From the human T2T-CHM13v2.0 reference genome, Homo sapiens, in assembly GCF_009914755.1 (NCBI RefSeq), contig NC_060926.1: a stretch of DNA of 64,000 bases; one strand, written 5' to 3'. This document shows, one piece after another, positions 53,360 through 64,000 of the stretch. Position 1 is the stretch's first letter. Every line of letters starts with the position of its first letter. The notes beneath the pieces are model-generated. The model saw only the letters and a program-made list of their open reading frames with translations. It was not told the origin of the DNA and ran no database searches. Both the position numbers and the translations under genes were made by a program.

Positions 53360-53897
53360 CTACAGTAATCAAAACAGCATGGTACTGATACATGAATAGA
53401 CATATAGACCAATGGAACAGAATAGAGAACCCAGAAATAAGGCTGCACTCCTACAACTATCTGATCTTCAACAAACCTGACAAAAACAAGCAATGGGGAA
53501 AGGATTCCCTGTTGAATAAATGGTGCTGGGATAACTGGCTAGTCATATGCAGAAGAATGAAACTGGACCTCTTCCTTACACTATCCACAAAAGTCAATTC
53601 AAGATATACTAAAGATTTAAATGTAAAACTCAAAGCTATAAATACCCTAGAAGAAAGCCTAGGCAATACCATTCAGGACATAGGCACAGGCAAAAATTTC
53701 ATGACAAAGATGCCGGAAGACAAATGGAATGTAATCAACCTAAAAAGCTTCTGCACAGCAAAAGAAACTATCAACAGAGTAAGCAGACAACCTACCAAAT
53801 GAGAAAAAGAAATGCAAACTATGCATTCGACAATGGTATCATATCCAGCATCTTTAAGAAACTTAAACAAATTTACAAGAAACAAATAACTCTATAA
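53360..53897 (+). mobile_element. L1PA ORF2 C-terminal fragment (upstream half)
   Basis: ORF 53392-53802 [15 protein letters not shown]...[17 protein letters not shown] is L1 ORF2p; ends at aatttacaagaaacaaataactctataa. Confidence 0.92.
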
Positions 53898-54844
53898 GCC
53901 ACTGTGCCCAGCCTCTTATCCTATACTTTACTAATTGTTTTACAATTTAACATTTTGCATACCATTCTGTGATCATTTTTGAGTCAATTTTTGTGTAAAG
54001 TGTGAGACAAGTAGTTTTGTGTCTTCCGATGTTCATTTGTTCCAGTGCATTTTTTCGCGAAGGCTGTGCTTCCTCCACTGACTGCTTTTGAATCTCTTTC
54101 AAAAATTAGTTAGGCATATTTATGTTAGTCTGTTTCTGGGCTGTCTATTCTGTTCCATTGATCTACATGTCCCTTTCTCTGCCTATGTCACACAATCTTG
54201 ATTCCTGTAACTATAAAATAATTTATGAAATTGTATACTGTCTTGTTATTGTTTTTATATTAGGGTAACACTAGATTAATAAGATAAACTGGAAAGAGTT
54301 CTTGCCTCTTCTATTTTCCAGAAGAGATTGTGTGGAATTGGTGCTAATTCTTCTTTAAATGTTTAGCAAAATTATCCAGTATAATTATATGTAATAAAAA
54401 TAGAAATAGATTTTGATTTTGGGGTTTTGTTAAATTATGAATTCATTTACCTTAATATTTAAAGAAATATTCAAATTATATATTTTTATTGGATGAATTG
54501 TGATGGATTATTTAAAGAATTACTCCAGTCATGTAAGTTGTCAAATTTATGAGCATAGAGTTATTCACAATATTTTTTAATACTTTTTTTTTATGTCTCC
54601 CAGGTCTATAGTGATAGCTTATGTCTTATTCTCAATGTTAGTAGTTTTTGTCTTACTTTTTTTTGTCATTCTTGCTATAGAGTTTTGTAAATTTCATCAA
54701 TCTCTTTAAGAAATCAAAGGAACTTTGTTTCATCCTTTTTCTCTCCTCTTTTTCTGCTTTCAATTTCATTGATTTCTTTTTTGAAAGAAATGTAATAGAA
54801 TACATAAATTTGCAATTCTTTATTATGATTATGAATATGATTAT

Positions 54845-55010
54845 TTTAAGATGGGTTCTTGCTATGTTTCCCAGGGTGGAGTGGAGTGGCTTTCACAGGC
54901 ACAATTATAGTGCACTACAACCTTGAACTCCTGGACTCAAATGATCCTCCTGTCTCAGTCTCTGGAGTAGCTAGGACTACAGGCACATGCCACCACACCT
55001 GGCTGATTTT
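54845..55010 (-). mobile_element. Alu monomer (FLAM/FRAM-like)
   Basis: gatgggttcttgctatgtttcccagggtggag...gtagctaggactacaggcacatgccaccacacctggc. Confidence 0.8.
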
Positions 55011-55297
55011 TGCTATTATATTTATTTCCATTCTTCTGGGTGTTTTGTGTTTATTTTGCTTTTCTTTTTTGGAAGAGACATGAGATGATAGCTTTGATTA
55101 TTTATTTGAATTTTTTATCTTTTCTAGTGAGTGAGCATTTAGTAATTATATATTTCCTTCTCAAAATTTGTAGTTGGGTCTCAGACATCTTGCTATGTGT
55201 ATTTTTATTATTTAGTTCAATGTAATTTTTAAAAATTATCTTAGGACTTCTTTATTGGCTTATGGATTACCTAGAAGTTTATTTCTAGTTTCCAAGT

Positions 55298-55714
55298 TGT
55301 TATAGCTTGGGTGTTTGTCCCCTCAAACCTGCTGTCGAAATCTGATTTGCAATGTTGAAGATGGTACCTAATGGAAGGTATTTGGGTCATGGGGTAGGCT
55401 CCTCATGAATGGCTTGGTGTCATGGTAACGACAGAGCTGTAGCTCTGTTAGTTTCTGTGAGAGCTGATTCTGAAAAACAGCTTGGAACCTCCCCCCGTTT
55501 CACTTGCTTCCACTTTCGCCATTTGATCTCTATACATCCGGGCTCCTCTTTGCCTCCACCAAGAGTGGAAGCAGCCTAAAGCCCTCATCCAAAGCAGATG
55601 CCGGCACCATATTTCATGGACAGCCAGCAGAATCACAAGACAAATAAATCTTGTTTCTTTATAAATTACTCAGCCTCAGGTATTCCTTTATAACAACACT
55701 AAACAACTAAGACA
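55298..55714 (+). mobile_element. Solo MaLR LTR (MSTB/MSTC-like)
   Basis: tgttatagcttggg...taaattactcagcctcaggtattcctttata...ctaagaca; perfect 5-bp TSD caagt. Confidence 0.9.
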
Positions 55715-56729
55715 CAAGTGTTTATAGATTATCCTATTATTTTTCTGTTATTGGTTTGTACTTTGGTTCCACTGTGGTTAAAAATACACATTCTGTATGA
55801 GGCTAGACTTATGGCTCAGAATATGGGCTATCTTGGGATATATTCCAGGAGTACTTGAAAATATTGTGGATTCTGCTGTTGTTGGTCCAATTGTCTTATA
55901 GTTGTCAATTAGATATTTTGGCTGGTAATAATATAGATTTCTTCTGTATTCTTGCTAATTTTCAGTGTAGGTGTTCTATCGATTTTGGGGATAGAGGTGT
56001 TAAAATCTCCAAATATAGTTTTGGGTTTGTCTATTTTTTCAGTTCTGTCGATGTTTGCTTCTCATAACTTGCAGCTCTGTTATTTGGTATATATACACTT
56101 AGGATTGCCATGTCTTCCTGGAGTATTGGCCTTTTCATCAGTGTATAATGTCCCTATCATTTCCATATATACAAACACACACGTGTGAATGTGTGTGTGT
56201 ACACACATGTATATTACATATATTTGTTCTGAAGTCTACTTTATCTGATATTAACAGAGCTAGTCTTACTTTCCTTTGATTAATACTTGTATTATATGTC
56301 TTTTTTCATTCTTTTATTTTCAAGTTGTATATGTTATATTTGAAGTGAGTTTGCGAACATATGCAACTCACTCATAACACGTTCAAAACTTAAAAAATAA
56401 TTCAATCTATCTTTTGATTGGTGTATTTAGACCATTTTTTATGTTTAATGCAATTATTTCTGTGTTGGGGCTTAAGTCTGCCATTTTATTGCTCGTTTTT
56501 TGTTTCTTCTGTTTTTTTTGTTTGTTTGTTTCTATTTTCTTTTTTCGACCTTTATGTAGGTTACTTGAATAATTTTTAGAATTCAATTTTGACTTATCTA
56601 TATATGGCTTTTGGGTGTCTTTTGTATAATCGTTTCAGTATTTACACTATTACATTATATATACCAATTTTATGTATAAGACACTACTCTATTGATATTT
56701 ATTTACAAAATAAAGTGAAGCACAGAAAA

Positions 56730-57573
56730 AAAAAAGTGGGCAAAGGACATGAACAAACACTTCAAAAGAAGACATACATGTGGCCAACAATCTTATGAAA
56801 AAAAGCTCAAAACCAGTGATCATTAGAGAAATGCCAATCAAAACCACAATGAGATACCATCTCACACCTGTAAGAATGGCTATTATTAAAAGGTAAAAAA
56901 AAAATAATGGATGCTGGCAAGGTTGCAGAGGAAAAGGATCGCTTACACAGTGTTGGCGGGAGTATAAATTAGTTCAGCCATTGTGGAAGACAGTATGGTG
57001 ATTCCTCAAAGACCTAAAGGCAGAAATACAATTCAACCCAGCAATCTCATTACTGGGTATATCCCCAAAGGGATATAAATCTTTCTATTATAAAGATACA
57101 TGCATGTGTTCATAGCAGTACTATTGACAATGACAAAGACATAAAATTAACCTAATTGCCCATCAGTGATAGACTGGATTAAAAAGTGTAGTATATATAC
57201 ACCATGGAATACTATGCAGCCAAAAAAATACCAAGATCATGTCCTTTGTAGGGACATAGATGGAGCTAGTAGCCATTATTCTTAGCAAACTAACGCAGGA
57301 ACAGAAAAACAAATACCACGTGTTGTCAGTTATAAGAGGGAGCTAAATGATGAGAACCCACAAACACAAGGAGAGGAACAACACACACTGGGGCCTATCT
57401 GAGGGTGGAGGTTGGGAGGAGGGAAAGAATCAGGAAAAATAACTAATAGGTTATTTTAATAGGCTTAATACCTGGGTGATGAAATAATCTACACTACAAA
57501 CCCCCATGACACAAGTTGACCTATGTAACAAACCTACACATACAGCCCTGAAATGAAAGTTAAAAAAAAAAAA
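56730..57573 (+). mobile_element. L1PA13-16-like 3' end (downstream half)
   Basis: aaaaagtgggcaaaggacatgaac...acctgggtgatgaaataatc...aaagtt plus poly(A). Confidence 0.92.
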
Positions 57574-58038
57574 AGATTGTTGATCTACGGTTGAGATGCA
57601 TTTGCAAATAGCAGAAGCCCAATTGCAGTTAACTGGAGTATGTTCAAATACATATCTTCTTTCTGCCATACAAAAAACAAACATTATATTTGTTGCCTAA
57701 TTGAGAAACATGTAAAAATCACTGAGTGTGAATAAGAACATTATACGACTTAATGAGCATGGAAAATAAGTGATTCTACAACTACAGAAAATACTGGTTT
57801 TGAGGTCTTTTAGGCTTTACAAGATATGATAATTTCTTTCATAATTCTGAGGTCTGTATTTTTACACTGTTTTTTAAAGTATATATATTTTTTCACTGGC
57901 TTGTTGGAGGGCAGCGCTCCCCTGAGTCTGTTTCTTATTTCTCCCAGAGAGTAAATTAAACACGTTATATAATGTAATCACATAAAAACAACTCATAACT
58001 CAGAGTCCAAGAAATAAACATCAAAATCAAAATGCAGT

Positions 58039-58150
58039 TCACACACACACACACATATACACATATATGTATATATGTATATACATATATGTGTATATAT
58101 ACACATATGTGTATATAATACATATATATTATATATACATGTGTGTGTGT
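58039..58150. repeat. (CA)n/(TA)n/(TG)n compound microsatellite
   Basis: cacacacac...tatatgtatata...tgtgtgtgtg; CA and TG arms are mutually complementary. Confidence 0.9.
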
Positions 58151-59399
58151 TCATGCATGTAATGTATAATACAAAAGCCCAGTCTGGTTTGAATGAGTTT
58201 TTTTAATACTGTTTTTGTTTCTGTTTATATGTTGCTTTAAGTAGTGAAAATGTAAAACTTATTAGGACATATGTTCCTATTTTATCATATTTTTTCTTAT
58301 TGGCCTTTTGTATATTACCACATGCTTCTCTATTACTTTACACCCCAGTCCATGAAGAATCAGACTGCCTGTGAAGCAATGTCTTGATAAAAAAGAAACC
58401 ATCCAGCCAAAGCATATCCCTTAGCATCTGGCTTGGGAAAATAGAAGACAGTCTAAGCATTTCTGCACATCTGTATCAAAGATAGTGGAGTTAGTATCAT
58501 TTGTTTGTTTCCTTTTTACAGTTTAAAAAATAAAAGCTGATGCATTTGAAGCTTACAATGATGATAGCAAATATTCCAAAGGCTTTCATATGCAAAATAT
58601 TTTAATTGCTGAAGAGCTAGAATAAATTTTGGCTCACTTGCATTAACATTTCTCTTCTTGGGACTTTTGCTTCATTTTTCACAAAGTTTGCATTATTAGT
58701 GCTTTGACAACCTTTGCATAAGATTTCTTTCTCTTGATCCCCTGAACAGTAGATAGACAAAAAAAACAACTCACGCTGAAATTGAATTTCATAATTAGTC
58801 TTCAGGCTATAAGAATGTTCTTAGAAGTTTTACATAATAACTGATAAATCAGCAAATCAAATCTATTCCATTTTGAAGTGTCAGGCTTTTAAATTCTTAG
58901 GAAATTGTCTTGTGATATGAAACCTGAAGAGATATGAAGATATAATTAATACAGTATTTCCCCTAGAAAAAATATTTCTAATATTTATTGTAACATCAAT
59001 TACTAGCAACTTCAATGCTGGTGATCTCTAGTATTTGTGTTTCTCTTCTTTTCCAGGGAGTTAAAACTAAATAACTTTCACAGCCTCATTTATAATTTTA
59101 GATGAGGCCACGAAACATATTTCTGGCTAATACAAGGTAAGCTGAAATATGTATGCAACACAAAGGAATAGCCTATTAAAAAAATTCTGTGTGATTTTAG
59201 TTCTATCTTTCCACAACTCCCAGTCAGAGAGAGAGGCACCAATAGGGGAATTCTGGGGCTGCAGGGCATGACAAAGCCACAACGTGGAAGGTGCCCCAAC
59301 TCCTGCATTTCCTTGCATATTATAGAGTGAAAAATAAATGTATATATTAAACCCACTTAGATTTTGGGTTTGATAGCAACTATCCTAGTGATAGCAATT

Positions 59400-62300
59400 A
59401 TGCAGACTCCATTTCTTTGATTACCCTGGCTATTCTTGGCTCTTTAAATGTCCATAAAAATTTGGAATCAGTTGGTAAATTACCACACACACATATACAT
59501 GTGTGCATATACACACAGGAAACACCTTATAGAATTAAGATTTCAAGTGTATTGAATCTATTTACAGGTTAATTAGAGAATAATTTACAACATCACATTA
59601 TTCATACCTCCAACTTAAGACCATCAGATATCCCTTAATTAACTTGAACTTGCTTTTTTACCAATAATGCATTGTAGTTTTCTATGTAGGTGTGTTATAT
59701 ATATTTTCAATAAATATATTCTACATATTTAATGATTTTGATATTTCCAAATGATATTTTTTGGAATTTCATTTTCTCATGTTTTATTGCTAATATATTA
59801 AAAATCAATATTATTTTCATTTTTAACTTGTTGAGTTATAATAACACATATAGCAAAGTGCAGTAATCTTAAAGGTACAGCTTGTTGAAATATTGTGTAT
59901 ATATGTGGGAATGTAATCAGCACAGGGATCAAAATAAAGAACATTTCCAGAAGCCAGGGAGTTCTCATATGCACTTTTCCTGTAAATAACCATTTCTGCA
60001 TGAGGTAACCCTTATTCTAACTTCCGCCATCTTATATCATATCATCTTATACTATCTACATAGTTTTTACATATATATAAATGAGAATGTACAGTCTGTA
60101 CTCCTTGTTTCTTGCTTTTTGTGTTCAATATAAAGTTTGAGATTCATCTATATTATTGCCTGTAAAAATAGTTCATTCATATTCCTGGTTGTGTTATACA
60201 CAGTTGCATGAATATATCTCAACTTAGTTATTCATTCTCTTGTTAATTAACATTTACAGAGGTTGTTTCTAGTTTTTGTCTATCAGGAAAAATATTTTTA
60301 AAGTAGCAACCATTCATTTGCCTTTGGGATATACCTAATAAAGTTTCTGTTTCATCAGAGATTCTTGTGTTCAGCTTTGGCGGGCGTCACAAAACAGGTT
60401 TTAATAGTGTTTATGCCAGTGTGCACTCCTTGCAGCAATCTATGAGAGGCTTAGTGGCTCCACATTCTTGCCTACATTTCATATTGGAAGGTTCTTTTTT
60501 AATGTTTTTTTATTCACTTAGCCATTCCAGTTGGTATGATATGGATTTATTGTGAATTTAACTTCTATTTTCCTTTTGATTTATGATGCTGAGTACATGT
60601 GTATGTGCCTAATAGTATTTGGATATCCTCTTTCATGAAGTCTCAAGCTTTGGTAAAATTTGTACTAATTTTTTTAAGGTTCTTTGTGTATATTGGAGGC
60701 TGGATTTACCTTTCACTCCCATATTAATGAATTCTGATGAGTAGATATTTTAGTAAAGTCTGTTTTGTCAAATTTTCTTTCATAATTGTATATGTCTCAT
60801 TTTAAATAAACATTTTTCTACCTCATAGTCATGAAAACAATCTCATGTTTTCTTCCTGGAAATATATTGTTTTACCCCTCATATATATATGTCTATTATT
60901 CATCTTGAGTTAGTTCTTGTGTATGGTGTTTCATGGGGAATAAAGTCTATTTTTTCCGTATGGATATATGAGTTGATATGAATCATTTTTCAAAAGGCCA
61001 TCCCTTACCCATTAAATTACATTGGTGTCCTTATCTTAAACCAAGTGACCACATATGTGTATGTCTATCTGAAAGGAATCTCCTTTCCTTCTGTTGGTCT
61101 AATTGTACATTTCTTTGTTGTTATCATACTATCTTAATTATTGTAACTTAATAGAAATTCAGAGTTCTCATTATGCATGCCTTCAACCTCATTTTTTTAA
61201 ATAGTGTTGGCTATGCTGGGTTTGAGTTTTGATAATTTTTTAGAATCATCTTATAATTTTATGCAAATAAAATCTTCAGAGTTTTGATTGGTATTGCCTT
61301 AAATCTGTAAGTCAACATGAAAATGTCTGTCTTAACATTTAGTCTTTCAGTCCATAAGTGTGGTCTACTTCTCTGTTTCAGTAGATCTTCGAATTTATTT
61401 TTCTGTTTTGAGGTCTTTGGAGTTTGATATTTTTTCGTGTTTCATAATATTGTTGTTTCCTAAATGGTATATTTTTAGCTAGTTTATAAAAGCACATGGC
61501 GGCTTGTTTCACATTGAACTCATATCTGGTGACCTTGCAAAATACACTCATTAACTCCAGTAGTTTATTAATTATTCCTTGTTTTCTACTTCCACATTTA
61601 TTTTATCTGAGAATAATGACAGTAGTGTTCCTTTCTTTTCAATCATTATATTTCTGTTTGAGGGGACTTTTATACCAGATAGGATATCCAACACAATGTT
61701 AAAAAGAAGTGGCCAATAATTATAGTCTCATTCCACACTACTCTAGTCTCCTTAGGAAGACAGCATTCAATATTTCACCATTAAATATTGTTTGCTGTAG
61801 GTTATTTTGTAAATATTCATTGTCAGAATAAAAAATAATGTAACACACTTCTAAGTTTGCTGAGGTTTTTTTTTAGAAAATCATAAATGGGTCTCATTTT
61901 TATCAAACTTTTTACAACAATTGATATCATAAGCCTTATTCAGATGTAATATTAACAAATAATGATTGAATTGTGAATATTAAATGAATTTGCATAATTG
62001 GAATAAAGATCATTTTGTCATTATAAATTATTCTTTTTACATATCACTGGTTTGTTAATATTTTATTTAGAGTTTTTCATCTATGATAATGAGGAGCCTT
62101 TAATTTTACTTTTTGCAACTTTCAGTTTATGTTATTGAGATTATGCTGTGCTTAGGAAGTAGTTTAAAGTGTTTCTTCTTTTTCCGTTAACTGAAGTTTT
62201 TATGTAAGTTTAATATTGTCTCACATATTTTGAAGAATTCAGTTGGGAAAACAACTGGGTTCAAAGTTTTCTCTTCTGTGTAATTTTTAACTGCTGGTTA

Positions 62301-63190
62301 AATTTCTTTAATAGATACAGAGCTATTGAGACTTTTTACTCCTTATTTGATTAGCTTTTGCTAATTTTCCATAAGTCAAGTTAATCTAAATTTTAAAGTA
62401 TAGTGATGTTTTATTGTTCATAATATACTTTTTGCTTTCTTTATTTTTTCAATATTTATAGTTTCAGTACTTACAGCCCTCTTTAATTCACAACATCATT
62501 GGTAATTTGTTGTCTCTCAATTTCCCTCTCTCTTCTTTTACTGATTAATCGATTCATTGATTATTGTTTGTATTGCTTTTAAATTATCAAATTTATTAAT
62601 ATTTTGAAAATGGTAATTTTTCAAATTGCCAATTTTATTTTTTATGTCTTTTTACAATTTATTGATTCTGCCATTTTATTAGTTTATTTCTAGTGTTTTC
62701 TCTGATTGTGCTATGCTGTTCTTTTAAGTTGTTGAAATAAATGCTGATATAATTGGTTACAGCCCCTCTTCTATTTACTGCATCCCAGAAGTTTTGATAT
62801 GCCATATTTTGCTTGTATACAGTTTAAAATATATTTCCATTATATTTTATTTTTAATAAATTGGTTATTTCAAAATATAGTTCTTAATTTTCATATATGG
62901 GGCATTTTCTTGTTATCTTTCAAAAGTTGATATCTAGCTACATTCCATTGTGCTAGAAAAATTATTCATATACATTATTTGAAATTTGTTGATTTTGCTT
63001 AACAACACAAGTTTTTTCAGTTATTGTTCTACATATATACTCTATAAAAAGTTGTCTTTCGTAGTTGCTAGACATAGTGTTTTATACGGCAGTTAGAGAA
63101 ATTTTTCTCATTGTGCAGCTCACATATTCTGTAAACTTACTAACATTTGGTTTGGTTGTTTGGTCAGTTCCTGAGAGAAATTAGTTTAAA
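59400..63190 (-). mobile_element. Old L1MC/ME fragments
   Basis: gagttataataacacatatagcaaagtgcagtaatcttaaaggtacagc; agcattcaatatttcaccatt; gcatcccagaagttttgatatg. Confidence 0.75.
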
Positions 63191-63192
63191 AA

Positions 63193-64000
63193 TCAAAAAA
63201 CCCCATCTAAAAGTGGGCAAAGGATATGAACAGACACTTTTCAAAAGAAGACATTTATGTACCCAATAGACACATGAAAAAATGCTCATCATCACTGGTC
63301 ATCAGAGAAATGCAAATCAAAACTGCAATGAGACACCATCTTACACCATTTAGAGTCGTGATCATTAAAAAGTCAGGAAACAGCAGGTGCTGGAGAGGAT
63401 GTGGAGAAATAGGAATGCTTTTACACTGCTGGTGGGAGTGTAAACTAGTTCAACCATTGTGGAAGGCAGTGTGGCAACTCCTCAAGGATCTAGAACTAGA
63501 AATACCATTTGACCCAGCCATCCCATTACTGGGATTGTAAATCCCAAAGGATTATAAATTATGCTACTAGAAAGACACATGCACATGTATGTTTATTGCG
63601 GCACTATTTACAATAGCAAAGACTTGGAACCAACCCAAATGTCCATCAATGATAGACTGGATTAAGAAAATGTGGCACATATACACCATGGAATACTATG
63701 CAGCCATAAAAAAGGATGAGTTCATGTCCTTTGTAGTGACATGGATGAAGATGAAAACCATCATTCTGAGCAAACCATCACAAGGACAGAAAACCAAACA
63801 CTGCATGTTCTCACTCATAGGTGAGAACTGAACAATGAGAACACTTGGACACAGGGCGGGGAACATCACACACTGGGCCTGTCATGGGATGGGGGGAGGG
63901 AGGAGGGATAACATTAAGAGAAATACCTAATGTAAATGAAGAGTTAATGGGTGCAGCACACCAACATGGCACATATTTACATATGTAACAAACCTGCACG
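63193..64000 (+). mobile_element. L1PA4-5-like 3' portion (5'-truncated, runs off the window)
   Basis: ORFs 63226-63540 and 63589-63831 are L1 ORF2p C-terminus ([27 protein letters not shown]), broken between the two; 3' UTR gggtgcagcacaccaacatggcac. Confidence 0.95.

Larger units (their letters stand above)
53920..56725 (-). mobile_element. Old L1M fragments within the inserted block
   Basis: ctattctgttccattgatcta; ttgcctcttctattttc...aattcttctttaaatgttt; tctgaagtctactttatctgatattaa. Confidence 0.75.

Noticed and set aside
53011-53493. Longest ORF in the track (160 aa, minus strand)
   Set aside because: Spans antisense L1 ORF2 and an LTR; chance open frame with no recognisable domain.
63193-64000. 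L1 starting at nearly the same consensus position as the one at 56730, as a possible partner of the 53360 fragment
   Set aside because: It has younger L1PA4-5-type diagnostics and looks like an independent 5'-truncated insertion. It does show that truncation near this site can happen independently.

Overview
AT-rich, CpG-poor human non-coding DNA. A human-specific AluYb8 fragment at 46243-46342 points to Homo. The window is mostly layered transposon relics: L2/MIR, old L1M, L1PA, Alu, MaLR/ERV1 LTRs, MER5A/MER30 and a near full-length Tigger2. It also holds an 8.9-kb two-LTR MER4-group ERV1 provirus (35909-44820, CTGT target-site duplication (TSD), decayed gag, env tail, no pol) and a two-LTR MLT1A element. 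I found no intact host protein-coding gene, RNA gene or CRISPR array; every ORF in the track that I can recognise is repeat-derived or low-complexity. I see no evidence of a novel multi-gene system. The most interesting signals are structural: (i) a 2.8-kb block of older repeats ending in AATAAA plus an A-run, lodged between two collinear halves of one younger L1PA (candidate retrocopy or orphan transduction); (ii) a 327-bp, ~97% identical copy of the proviral env-tail/PPT/U3 junction pasted into an Alu 4.2 kb away (templated insertion); (iii) several other local duplications and captures, including a ~107-bp dispersed duplicate with splice-acceptor-like structure. Repeat subfamily names come from recalled consensus sequences and need RepeatMasker/Dfam confirmation; boundaries of old elements are approximate.
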